A DNA stretch of 64,000 nucleotides, from positions 48,893 through 112,892 of the forward strand of contig JBBTRT010000001.1 of NCBI GenBank assembly GCA_038065055.1, written 5' to 3'. The notes below the pieces were generated by a model that was given only the letters and a program-made list of their open reading frames with translations, ran no database searches and was not told the origin of the DNA. Shown one piece after another: positions 9,965-18,292 of the stretch. A program made the translations under genes and the position numbers. Origin of the DNA: Patescibacteria group bacterium (GTDB lineage Bacteria > Patescibacteriota > Microgenomatia > UBA1400 > CG1-02-47-37). The stretch's first letter is position 1; each line of letters begins with the position of its first letter.

Positions 9965-11564
9965 ATCCCAACTTTTCGGTGATTTGTACTGGTAATGGTA
10001 AATGTGCCCATACTTCTGCTCCGCTCCTTTCTGAAACGATAACTTTGTCTATTATATCCCGAACCACCTTAAATTTATCAGCAAAATCTATTTTTTTAAC
10101 CACTTCCGTTGCTTCTTCTGCTAATTCATCAGCTTGAATTGGCAAGTTAATTTTCTCCGATTTACAGGCTAAATCAGCCGTTTGTTTTTGATAAGCCAAT
10201 TTTCTTTTCTTTGCATCATTTATTAAAGTTTGAAACTGCTCAAATTCTAAAGTATCAGCCCCATAAGCTCTAGAATATCGGTTTTCTTCATCCTCAACCT
10301 TCTTTATCATTTCTAATAATCTTTGACGCTCTAACAGGTCTTCACTGCTTGTCATTGAGAACGATTGGAGCCATTTATCAGCATATTTCTTCATTATTGA
10401 ATAATCAAAAAGGTGTTTTTTCAGCTCATGCCACACCATTGAATCCAAAACTGCCGCATTTACACCCTGTGAATTACATCTGTTAGGATAAATGTGACTT
10501 CTTAATCTCTCGATACAGCGATAATAATAACTTCCGGTGCTACTACTGCCATCGCCAACCCTCCTATTCCCACAACCGCAATAAGTTAAACCAGAAAGCA
10601 AATAATCGTATTTCCTTTGTTTACTGGCATATTTTTGATTAAAATCTAAACTCTTTTGAATCTTTTCATAAAGACTGTAATCTTTAATCAACTGTGGAAC
10701 CTTAAAAGCAATCCAATCTTCCCTACTTCTTAATCGCCTGCTAGTTTTCTTTATTTTCTTATATTTTGTATCTTTAATCGGATGTTTTGCCACAACAGAT
10801 TCGGATTTGTTGTAATAAGCCTTACCCGTAACATAAGTATCACACTTCAGTATTCTGACAATCGGACCCTTTGTCCAAAAATCACTTTTTCTCTTTTTAG
10901 GTTTTATACCTAAATCATAAAGATTCTTTTGTATCTGATTGATTGAAAACTTATCCACTCCAAACCAATTCCAAATCAATCTAACTGCCTTGGCTTCATC
11001 ATCATCAATAACACAGCTAAGCGGTTCTTTCGGACCGCTTCTAACAAATTTAAAACCATATAGAGGAAAACCGTTGATAATCACTCCATTCCTAGCCTTG
11101 TATAGTTTCCCTCGCCTCATTCTTTCGGCTATCTTAACCCTTTCGTATTCATGAAAGACCCCCTGCATGCTCTGTAACACCCTTGTTTCTGGACTATCTG
11201 CCTGAACGTCATGCAAAGATATAAACTTAATATCCCTATCGGCTAACTCCTCAATGATTATTTCCTGATGGGCGAAAGTCCTAGACAACCTGCCCCGATC
11301 ATAGACATAAATCGCATTAAATTTTCCCTCTTTGGCCGCATCCCTCATTAAATCAAGAGATGGCCTAGCAATCATCTCACCGCTCCACCCATCGTCAATA
11401 AAAATATTATTAGGTAAAAGCACATTGCCATCAGTAGTTATTCTTTTTTTAACCTCATCCAACTGTGATTCAATTGTTTGTTCGTTCTCTTGCCTACCAG
11501 TACTCACTCTGGCATAAAGAGCGGCATTTAGAGGTTCGTGGATCTTGTCTGTAATATCATTCAT
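9906..11564 (-). CDS. large serine recombinase (integrase)
   Basis: Catalytic motif ALYARVSTGRQ, a recombinase domain, a Cys-rich zinc-ribbon (CGCGNRR...YYYRC...CNSQ) and a coiled-coil tail. Likely start is MNDITDK (11564). The last ~13-15 codons lie in ychF/host sequence. Confidence 0.9.
   Translation of the reverse strand: MNDITDKIHEPLNAALYARVSTGRQENEQTIESQLDEVKKRITTDGNVLLPNNIFIDDGWSGEMIARPSLDLMRDAAKEGKFNAIYVYDRGRLSRTFAHQEIIIEELADRDIKFISLHDVQADSPETRVLQSMQGVFHEYERVKIAERMRRGKLYKARNGVIINGFPLYGFKFVRSGPKEPLSCVIDDDEAKAVRLIWNWFGVDKFSINQIQKNLYDLGIKPKKRKSDFWTKGPIVRILKCDTYVTGKAYYNKSESVVAKHPIKDTKYKKIKKTSRRLRSREDWIAFKVPQLIKDYSLYEKIQKSLDFNQKYASKQRKYDYLLSGLTYCGCGNRRVGDGSSSTGSYYYRCIERLRSHIYPNRCNSQGVNAAVLDSMVWHELKKHLFDYSIMKKYADKWLQSFSMTSSEDLLERQRLLEMIKKVEDEENRYSRAYGADTLEFEQFQTLINDAKKRKLAYQKQTADLACKSEKINLPIQADELAEEATEVVKKIDFADKFKVVRDIIDKVIVSERSGAEVWAHLPLPVQITEKLGYGLERRDCGVAECGKVYAI
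9936..9949. repeat. attL-like core, 14-bp perfect direct repeat (AACCCCACAATCGC)
   Basis: Identical 14-mer at 18264-18277. Both copies are followed by diverged versions of the ychF start region. Confidence 0.75.
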
Positions 11565-11733
11565 TTTTCGCACCCGCCTCAAATAACTTTTCTAGTTTAT
11601 CAGCTTCAATTCTCCAAGATTTCCCAAACTTAAAAGCCGGAATCTTCCCTTTAACAGCCAAGCGGTAAACCGTCCTCTGATTAACTCGTAGCTTCATAGC
11701 CACTTCCTCTATTGTCAGATACTTGTTTTCCAT
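11557..11733 (-). CDS. excisionase-family helix-turn-helix DNA-binding protein
   Basis: LTIEEVAMKLRVNQRTVYRLAVKGKIPAFKFGKSWRI fits the MerR/Xis-type HTH pattern. Lies directly upstream of the recombinase. Confidence 0.7.
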   Translation of the reverse strand: MENKYLTIEEVAMKLRVNQRTVYRLAVKGKIPAFKFGKSWRIEADKLEKLFEAGAKNE

Positions 11734-11896
11734 ATTGTACTTCATTGTACTTATGCGTCATTCCCTTTGTCAAGCGTCTCTTCATTAAAATATTATCTCT
11801 GGCAATCTCAAAAATTCTGGCATAAGCAATCTTAATTCTGCTTTCATCAGCAATAATATTTTTAAAGGTTACCTTTGGGACCAAAATTCTGTTCAT
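11681..11896 (-). CDS. hypothetical small protein
   Basis: ATGA start/stop coupling to the upstream P-loop gene. Overlaps the Xis-like gene by ~50 nt, so uncertain. Confidence 0.35.
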   Translation of the reverse strand: MNRILVPKVTFKNIIADESRIKIAYARIFEIARDNILMKRRLTKGMTHKYNEVQYGKQVSDNRGSGYEATS

Positions 11897-13272
11897 ATGG
11901 CTTTCCCTCCAAAGATTTCCTCTAATACCCCCCCGTTCAACTCACTATTGTTTTGGGTTTTAGATATAGTGAGTGGGGTGGTGGGGTAAATCAGTGTTTT
12001 TCTCTTATCAGACTGATCCTGCTCCTGAAAAATCAAACCTGAAGCCTCTAGAATGGGTATAATCTGCTGTCTTAACTGCCAATCAGGTAAATGCCGCCCA
12101 TAAACCTGAAAATGCTTCTGTAGGATGTCCTGACGGGTTAATCCGAGCTTTACCACCCCATCTAACTCACTATTTCTCTCTTTGTAGGCCGCTAAAATTA
12201 TGTCTTTGTAGAGATTAAAAACATATGGCGGCAGGTTTAACTCTTGGCTTTCAGATATTTCATCCCAGATATGGAATGCTTCCCTAATATCGTCATCATT
12301 TGCCACCAATGTTTCCCCGTCCCTCTCCCTAAACCATAGGTTTAACAAGGCTAGAACCTTAATCAGGCCAATAATCCTACCAATATCTCTCTGGTGGCGT
12401 GGTTTAAGCATCTTGGCCTTCTTAAAAAACAGCTCTTGTAGCAACGCCGGGGACCCAATCTTAATTTCCTTGATTGATTCTGCCCGAATCACTAAAATTC
12501 TTTCCATCAATAGCTTTCTCTCTGGGTCCGAATCTAAAAAGCTATCATAAGACAAACTGTCTGCTTCCTTTCTAATCTTCTGGTAAATCGCCTCTCTAAT
12601 TTTCTCTTGGTTAATCTCCGGCGACAACAATAGAAACCTAGTCGCCTCCTGCTCATCTAGCATCAGCCCAGCCGTGCAGAAAATCACTGTCGGGTAACCA
12701 ATAAGATAAATATTTTTGGTCCGTAACCCCGCCTTTTGTGATTTATCGGTTATCTTGAGACGAATCTCCTTTTTATCATGAGAAAGCATAGGCCGGAGGT
12801 GTTGAAGCAGTAAAGTATGCGGCTGGTCAAGGAAAATAAGGATTTTTCGGGAAAGATCAACAATATATCCCTTTTTTGCCTTATTAAGCACGCCATAATC
12901 ATGGAAAAAGGCCGTCGGACTACAATACCCCACTTCTATCACATCTTGCTCTGGGAACAGCTTCCCTATTTCCGTTGGTATAAATGACTTACCTGTAGAA
13001 GAAGGGGCATTAAAACTGATATTTATCTGGGAATCTTTAGTATAGGCAGACAATAACGCCAAGAAAGCAATCAATTTATTAATTTCATCTCTTTTAATTG
13101 TCAATCCTAGAATTTTTAACAAGTCATCCGCAGTTATTGGCTTAAACTTAGAAACATCAATCTCAACAGGCTTCTCATCGGACCTACTATCTTCTGGCTT
13201 TGGAGCTTCAAACCCAAACTGTTCTTTAACCAATTCTGATACCGGCTGAGAAATATCATTCGTATTGGTCAT
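11893..13272 (-). CDS. P-loop NTPase, phage/plasmid replication (primase/helicase)-like
   Basis: Walker A APSSTGKS and a Walker B-like ILIFLDQ. 459 aa. The position in the element suggests a replication protein. The family was not identified. Confidence 0.45.
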   Translation of the reverse strand: MTNTNDISQPVSELVKEQFGFEAPKPEDSRSDEKPVEIDVSKFKPITADDLLKILGLTIKRDEINKLIAFLALLSAYTKDSQINISFNAPSSTGKSFIPTEIGKLFPEQDVIEVGYCSPTAFFHDYGVLNKAKKGYIVDLSRKILIFLDQPHTLLLQHLRPMLSHDKKEIRLKITDKSQKAGLRTKNIYLIGYPTVIFCTAGLMLDEQEATRFLLLSPEINQEKIREAIYQKIRKEADSLSYDSFLDSDPERKLLMERILVIRAESIKEIKIGSPALLQELFFKKAKMLKPRHQRDIGRIIGLIKVLALLNLWFRERDGETLVANDDDIREAFHIWDEISESQELNLPPYVFNLYKDIILAAYKERNSELDGVVKLGLTRQDILQKHFQVYGRHLPDWQLRQQIIPILEASGLIFQEQDQSDKRKTLIYPTTPLTISKTQNNSELNGGVLEEIFGGKAI

Positions 13273-13465
13273 AGAATTTCTTCGCTAATTTGCTAACCGC
13301 TTCCTGCTTTGATAGATAAACCGATTCGTAAAGTTTTTTCCTGTTTTGGTCCTTCTCTTCGGTATAAGCCAAAAACCAATCCGTCTCTTTATTTATGGCT
13401 ATTTTTAGCTGGTTAATATCTGATAAAAGTTGAAGTGTTTCTTCTTCAAAACTATTCATAATCAA
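13256..13465 (-). CDS. hypothetical protein
   Basis: 69-aa ORF tightly packed in the element operon. No motif. Confidence 0.4.
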   Translation of the reverse strand: MIMNSFEEETLQLLSDINQLKIAINKETDWFLAYTEEKDQNRKKLYESVYLSKQEAVSKLAKKFYDQYE

Positions 13466-13707
13466 TTTTCAAATAATCTAGACTTAATAATTCTCATTTG
13501 TGAACTAAATTGCTTTGGTTCAATCCTTAAGTCGCCACGCCAGTAAGATTCCACCAATTCATCCAATCCGGATTCTCTTTTAAATTGAAATTGAGCTTTT
13601 TTGGGGTTGGACTTATCGATTAGATCTAACGGATACCAAAGAGAAATTACAGAAGTTAATACTAAATCAGAGGTTAAAAAAACGTCTTTTGTACTTTTAA
13701 TAATCAT
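13462..13707 (-). CDS. hypothetical protein
   Basis: 81-aa ORF with a 4-nt overlap with the downstream ORF. No motif. Confidence 0.4.
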   Translation of the reverse strand: MIIKSTKDVFLTSDLVLTSVISLWYPLDLIDKSNPKKAQFQFKRESGLDELVESYWRGDLRIEPKQFSSQMRIIKSRLFEN

Positions 13708-13718
13708 ATTTTTTATAC

Positions 13719-13748
13719 AAAAAAGGCCACGACATAATTGTCGTAGCC
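13719..13748 (-). terminator. Rho-independent terminator after the HTH gene
   Basis: On the minus strand: GGCTACGAC-AATTAT-GTCGTGGCC hairpin (8/9 bp paired) followed by TTTTTT. Confidence 0.55.
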
Positions 13749-13799
13749 TCTCTTGAAATTTTACAAGTATTGGCTAGGGACTCTCGAAGTTCCCTTAAT

Positions 13800-14003
13800 T
13801 TATAATTTTTTTGTGCCGGCTACTATCAAATCCGGTTTAACTTCACTTGCTGTTATTGTGCAATTTAAATCGGCTTTTCGTATCCTGTTAGTTTTTCCAA
13901 ACCTGCAGGCGGGAATAATCCCAACATTAATATATCTTAAGACTGTTTGACGGCTCACTCCCAATTTTTTTGCAGCTTCACCTGTAGTTAAAAAATCTTT
14001 CAT
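13800..14003 (-). CDS. excisionase-family helix-turn-helix DNA-binding protein
   Basis: LTTGEAAKKLGVSRQTVLRYINVGIIPACRFGKTNRIRKADL has the same HTH pattern as 11557-11733. Confidence 0.7.
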   Translation of the reverse strand: MKDFLTTGEAAKKLGVSRQTVLRYINVGIIPACRFGKTNRIRKADLNCTITASEVKPDLIVAGTKKL

Positions 14004-14009
14004 AATACG

Positions 14010-14037
14010 ATTGTAACATATTTAACGATCTTGTCAA
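14010..14037 (-). promoter_or_regulatory. sigma70-like promoter, probably giving a leaderless transcript
   Basis: Minus strand: TTGACA, 16 nt, TACAAT, 6 nt, then the ATG of the HTH gene. Confidence 0.45.
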
Positions 14038-14072
14038 TATGGTGATTTTTGTTATAATTTTTTTACTTATTA

Positions 14073-15101
14073 TTACAAATTGCATTGTTTTTGATAATAA
14101 GAACTATTTTTAACCATATTGGTAATTTGGTTATTCATCTGTTTGCTATAACAATCAGGATTCGATACTCCACAGATACTCATTGCCCTTCCAGAAAAAT
14201 CAAGAAATCCTTTTACAGTCATTAATGGATCATTATTAGAATAATTTGTTGTAGCAATTCTTCCCACTAAAGAATCTTGCTCTTCTTGATTAAATGCTCC
14301 TAGCATCATTAACTGATCCTGAAATGCTTTAATCTCATTTTCATAACAAGACATTACAAGACCATTGTTTAATGTTGACAAATATATTCCCGCATGAGAC
14401 ATTTCATGAGATAACAAAAAAGCAGTTAATACATCATCTTTTATCTTATAAGAATTATCTACAAAAATTGTAAGCCTATCCATGGAAGATTTATTTTCAT
14501 CAAATGTAAATAATCCTTCAACATTATCCAAATTTGCATATTGAATATCTAAGCAATTATTCATACTAAAATCGCCCACTTTGTCTCCCATTTTACTTAT
14601 AGTTCTCTGTTTTATTAAACTTAATGCTCTCTTAAATTCTTCAGGCATTTCATATGGCGCTTCTCTAATACAAAGAGGGTCGGGCGGTGAATAATACCAG
14701 TTTCCATCTTCAAATACCCATTTTTTATAACCTCTTAATTCTTTTCTAGTAGTACAATTATCGTCTTCACAGACGGTGTTATTTCTATCAATATATCCGA
14801 CACTGTCTTTTATAACGATATTATTTATAGTCACCTTTTGTTTTCCAATATTTGGGGATTCTTTTGCACCTTTTATATAATCTTCCAATGAACTTTTCTT
14901 TTTTATAGAGGAACTATAAAAGTTGTAGGCTTCTGAATAATTTTTATCATCTAATAAAGAAACAAATTTGTTAAATCTTTGTTTTAATAAATCCTCTTTA
15001 CTCGTAAATAAATGTAAATTTTTTAAATTAAGGAAGCCAACAATAAAAAGTAAAATTATCCCCGCTAAAATTATTTCTAATTTTGTGAATCCTTTTTTCA
15101 T
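14073..15101 (-). CDS. membrane-anchored protein with HExxH metalloprotease-like motif
   Basis: N-terminal TM helix (LEIILAGIILLFIVGFL) and the motif LLSHEMSHAGIY. 342 aa. No closer assignment. Confidence 0.45.
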   Translation of the reverse strand: MKKGFTKLEIILAGIILLFIVGFLNLKNLHLFTSKEDLLKQRFNKFVSLLDDKNYSEAYNFYSSSIKKKSSLEDYIKGAKESPNIGKQKVTINNIVIKDSVGYIDRNNTVCEDDNCTTRKELRGYKKWVFEDGNWYYSPPDPLCIREAPYEMPEEFKRALSLIKQRTISKMGDKVGDFSMNNCLDIQYANLDNVEGLFTFDENKSSMDRLTIFVDNSYKIKDDVLTAFLLSHEMSHAGIYLSTLNNGLVMSCYENEIKAFQDQLMMLGAFNQEEQDSLVGRIATTNYSNNDPLMTVKGFLDFSGRAMSICGVSNPDCYSKQMNNQITNMVKNSSYYQKQCNL

Positions 15102-15104
15102 GTT

Positions 15105-15941
15105 TTATTGGTTACAGGCCTGTAACGCTACATTTTTTTGATTACCATAAATAATTTGACATTCTCTTTCAACTGACGTAGCGCCATACAAAACACTGCA
15201 ACCACGCATTAAATCATCATATTTAACTGTCACTTCGCTTTTACATTTTGCAATATCTTCAGCAGATTTTTGTGGGGTTTGTGGTGAAACAATAATCGGC
15301 TGGTAGGATGGAATAACTACTTTTTTACTTGCCCAATATTCATCTGTTTTAACTTTACATTCATCATAAGTAAGTTTCCCAAAATCAAAGTTAAAATTAC
15401 TATCTTTGTAATTACAATCAATTTTTACAGACCCGAAATCTATGGGGGCAATATCGTTTGTTGAACCAGTATTCTGATTATTAATCTGGGCTTGATCTCT
15501 ATCGCACTGATTTCTATCTTTATAAAAAATCCACTTATCGCCTATCTGACAACAGGTACTTTTATCACACTCGCTTTTTTTAATATATATCGTTCCGCCG
15601 CCACACTCAGCAGTCGTCCTACAATTCACCATATAATCCGAATTACTATTAATATTAGAATTTATAGGTTTTGTCTCCGGCTCACTAGATGGTAATAAAG
15701 ATGGACTTACAATAGGACTTGGTAAAACAATTTTTTGCCGTTCACGACCAGCTCTTTGCTCTTTAATAATTGGCCCAGCTAAAACAACAATTGGCACTAT
15801 TAAAACTAATACTATTGCAAAAAACAACCCTTTCCCAACCTTTTTAATATCTTGTTTCGCTTCGACAGATTTAGATTTTTTTGCTCTCTTATGTTTTATT
15901 AGAACTGCACCTGTAGATCTTTTTGCAGATTTGTTATTCAT
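15105..15941 (-). CDS. membrane-anchored Cys-rich protein
   Basis: Basic N-terminus, one TM helix, a Ser/Pro linker, then a domain with about 14 Cys. 278 aa. Confidence 0.4.
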   Translation of the reverse strand: MNNKSAKRSTGAVLIKHKRAKKSKSVEAKQDIKKVGKGLFFAIVLVLIVPIVVLAGPIIKEQRAGRERQKIVLPSPIVSPSLLPSSEPETKPINSNINSNSDYMVNCRTTAECGGGTIYIKKSECDKSTCCQIGDKWIFYKDRNQCDRDQAQINNQNTGSTNDIAPIDFGSVKIDCNYKDSNFNFDFGKLTYDECKVKTDEYWASKKVVIPSYQPIIVSPQTPQKSAEDIAKCKSEVTVKYDDLMRGCSVLYGATSVERECQIIYGNQKNVALQACNQ

Positions 15942-16010
15942 TTGAATAGAATTATAACATTTTTACCAATTCAGAGATTAAAAGAGTAAATCGTGAATTA
16001 AAATATAGAA

Positions 16011-16436
16011 TTATCTGAAAAGTCTATTGAGACTTCGAAATCTTTTATTATCATTCTGCTGATCATAAGTAAGCCTATGGCATTTTCTGCAAGCTGAAAC
16101 CTGCGAGTTAGGAGGAATATATAAATACCGCACCTTTCTTCCACACACCACACATACAAACCAAAAAATAAATCCTTTCCCTAAGTTGGACCTTGTGTAA
16201 GTCATTTTTACGCTATTAGGTTCAGTAAACTCTGTTTTCCCAAAATTTTCCTGTTTTAAATTAAAGGTAACATAACACTCTATTTGTTGAATAAGGTTTT
16301 TTACACCCTCTTCTGTTTTTAGATCAAATTCGATAAAGCCCTTATTCTTAAAAAGAAAGTTTCTTACGCATACACTGGCACTAATTTTTTGCGAATCTTC
16401 AACTACTGGACGTTTACCATAGGCAAGTTTAAACAT
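16011..16436 (-). CDS. hypothetical zinc-ribbon protein
   Basis: CVVCGRK...CRKCH pair of CxxC motifs near the C-terminus. 141 aa. Confidence 0.4.
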   Translation of the reverse strand: MFKLAYGKRPVVEDSQKISASVCVRNFLFKNKGFIEFDLKTEEGVKNLIQQIECYVTFNLKQENFGKTEFTEPNSVKMTYTRSNLGKGFIFWFVCVVCGRKVRYLYIPPNSQVSACRKCHRLTYDQQNDNKRFRSLNRLFR

Positions 16437-16463
16437 AATTTTGACCGAAATTAATAATAATCA

Positions 16464-17066
16464 TTAAGGATTTTTAACTTGAACCACCTGATTTTGCCCA
16501 ACAACGGCAGTATTGGTTCTTATATTAAGCTGCAGAAGGGGTAATTTAAGCATTCTAAGGGCCTGTAGCGAGGTTAAATAGTGTCTTTCAGCCCTATCCA
16601 ACTCCCTACTCATTACATTTAAATAACCAACGCCAATGTCTGTTACAGAACACTTGTCTAAATAGTCATTAATTTTAAATTGAGACACTAGAACCCTAAT
16701 AAAATTAAGAGCGGCAATTTCTGCCAGAGATTTTTCACTAGAAGTTTTACAGTCATATTCCTTCTTTAAATTCTTTAAATGCTCTAGGGCAAACACTCTG
16801 AATCTATCAGGTATTGCAGAAAGCATTAAAAGCCCTTGATCAAACTCAAACAGGGTCATAGCTTTGTAGGCATTTGTTTCCGGACCCATTTCTTTAGGCC
16901 CATTGAATCCCTCCAACTCTTTATCTGCTAATTTCAAAATGTTCTCAGAGTTAAATCCAGTCCCTGCACTTTGAATAGATTTTCTTATGTCTTCAATTGT
17001 TCTTGGTTTAGTAATTTTGTTATCAGGCATGTGGAATCTGCAGATATGGCACCCTTGAGGCAACAA
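16464..17066 (-). CDS. hypothetical protein
   Basis: 200-aa ORF with no motif. The true start may be the internal MPDNK. Confidence 0.35.
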   Translation of the reverse strand: MLPQGCHICRFHMPDNKITKPRTIEDIRKSIQSAGTGFNSENILKLADKELEGFNGPKEMGPETNAYKAMTLFEFDQGLLMLSAIPDRFRVFALEHLKNLKKEYDCKTSSEKSLAEIAALNFIRVLVSQFKINDYLDKCSVTDIGVGYLNVMSRELDRAERHYLTSLQALRMLKLPLLQLNIRTNTAVVGQNQVVQVKNP

Positions 17067-17165
17067 TCCTACCTAAATAATCTCTTTGGATAATTTCTCT
17101 TTCTTTTCTGGCTCCGGGTAAAACTACTTTGAAGTAAAAATCAAAAGTGGGGACGGTGAAAAGTG

Positions 17166-17190
17166 AATCCCAACCGATAAACTACTCATA
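17166..17190. repeat. third, degenerate copy of the ychF 5' / att right half
   Basis: AATCCCAACCGATAAACTACTCATA compared with 18272-18293 AATCGCTACCGATAAACTCATA gives 20/22 identity plus a 3-nt insertion. The reverse strand reads ATG AGT AGT TTA TCG GTT GGG ATT (MSSLSVGI). Confidence 0.5.
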
Positions 17191-17242
17191 GTTTTACTTG
17201 ACAAACCCCCTTAATAAACTATATAATAACCTCAAATTGGCA

Positions 17243-17683
17243 TTAGCCACGACCTCCCTGCTTCGGTGGGGAGGGCAAAACAAAAAATTTCGAAATCTCT
17301 TCTAAAACTTTATTAAAATCACCTGTATCTAATTCAGCAAGTTTATTCCACATTCTCTTTGTACTAAAAACTCGAATTTGAGAAATCATTACCGAAACAG
17401 ATTTACTTCTAACAGACACGGGAATATAATATTTGTTATCTTTTAGCTTCGTACTCATGGGAATACCCAGGAAAAGTTCCCTGTTAAACTTTTTAACAAC
17501 TAGGACTGGTCGGACAAAATTTAAATTTTTACCATCTTCTTCAAAACCAACATTAACACCAACAGCAATCCACCAAATATCTCTTTCTTTGAAAAAGGGT
17601 GCCTCTTTTTCTTGATAATGACAAGTCTTTTTCTTTTTTATCCAACCGTCGAAATCTTTAGAAAAATCAGAAGTTTGACTCAT
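17243..17683 (-). CDS. PemK/MazF-like toxin domain protein (no adjacent antitoxin seen)
   Basis: RDIWWIAVGVNVGFEEDGKNLNFVRPVLVVKKFN...ISQIRVFSTKR resembles the MazF/PemK fold signature. 146 aa. Confidence 0.5.
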   Translation of the reverse strand: MSQTSDFSKDFDGWIKKKKTCHYQEKEAPFFKERDIWWIAVGVNVGFEEDGKNLNFVRPVLVVKKFNRELFLGIPMSTKLKDNKYYIPVSVRSKSVSVMISQIRVFSTKRMWNKLAELDTGDFNKVLEEISKFFVLPSPPKQGGRG

Positions 17684-17700
17684 GAAAGTATTTTAACACG

Positions 17701-18231
17701 CTAAGGAGATTTTACAGGAAAGCACTTAATAGAAAAGATTTCATTTGTACTTAATGTTGTCTGAACAACACAATCCTTAGCTCCATTAAGTTGAGCATAG
17801 CCGATTGAAGTATCGTTTAATGAAGGACTTAGATAACCTTTTTGCTTTAGTTCCTGAATACCAGTTGCACATCTACCTTCTGCCAAACAAAACCTGTTTC
17901 CTTGCTGAGAAATCTCCTGTACATTTGCCTTTTTAATCGCGTCATTCGCTGTATTTATTTGTTTTTTAGGCGAAAGAGTTACTAAAAAGAATGCAATAAT
18001 TATTCCTAATAGTGGCAAACCTATTCCAACTCCAGTAACCCACCATTTCGCCTTTTTACCCCAAGGTGCTGCCGCCCACATTACAATTATTCCGATTAGA
18101 AAAGTGGGGACAAAAAAAAGAAGAACTATTGTCACCCAACTTCGCCAATCCTGATACCACTTTTTCATCATAATTTTAGTATACACGAAAACTCCCAATT
18201 CAGGCATTTTTGAATGAACGATCTGCCCCAA
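17701..18231 (-). CDS. membrane protein, unknown function
   Basis: Three hydrophobic helices followed by a ~80-aa C-terminal domain with 4 Cys. The true start is probably MMKKWYQDW. Confidence 0.4.
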   Translation of the reverse strand: MGQIVHSKMPELGVFVYTKIMMKKWYQDWRSWVTIVLLFFVPTFLIGIIVMWAAAPWGKKAKWWVTGVGIGLPLLGIIIAFFLVTLSPKKQINTANDAIKKANVQEISQQGNRFCLAEGRCATGIQELKQKGYLSPSLNDTSIGYAQLNGAKDCVVQTTLSTNEIFSIKCFPVKSP

Positions 18232-18232
18232 G

Positions 18233-18292
18233 TTATTTCTTTATTGTAGGGTGATGAAAAATAAACCCCACAATCGCTACCGATAAACTCAT
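18233..18292 (-). pseudogene. ychF: stranded ancestral 5' end of ychF
   Basis: ATG AGT TTA TCG GTA GCG ATT GTG GGG TT.. (MSLSVAIVG) then runs into element sequence and stops after 19 aa. Its ATG overlaps the pckA TGA stop (ATGA). Confidence 0.65.
18264..18277. repeat. attR-like core, 14-bp perfect direct repeat (AACCCCACAATCGC)
   Basis: Identical to 9936-9949. Confidence 0.75.

Larger units (their letters stand above)
9950..18263 (-). mobile_element. integrated element (~8.3 kb) with large serine recombinase, inserted in the 5' end of ychF
   Basis: Bounded by 14-bp direct repeats and duplicated ychF N-terminal codons. Carries a recombinase, two excisionase-type HTH genes, a P-loop replication-like protein and orphan genes. 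Visibly more AT-rich than its flanks (not computed). Confidence 0.75.

Noticed and set aside
13565-13574. Short CCGG-centred palindromes such as AATCCGGATT (13565-13574), ATTCCGGAAT (~35447) and several TTCCGGAA octamers.
   Set aside because: Palindromes of 8-10 bp are expected by chance many times in 64 kb. Only those of 20 bp or more were reported.
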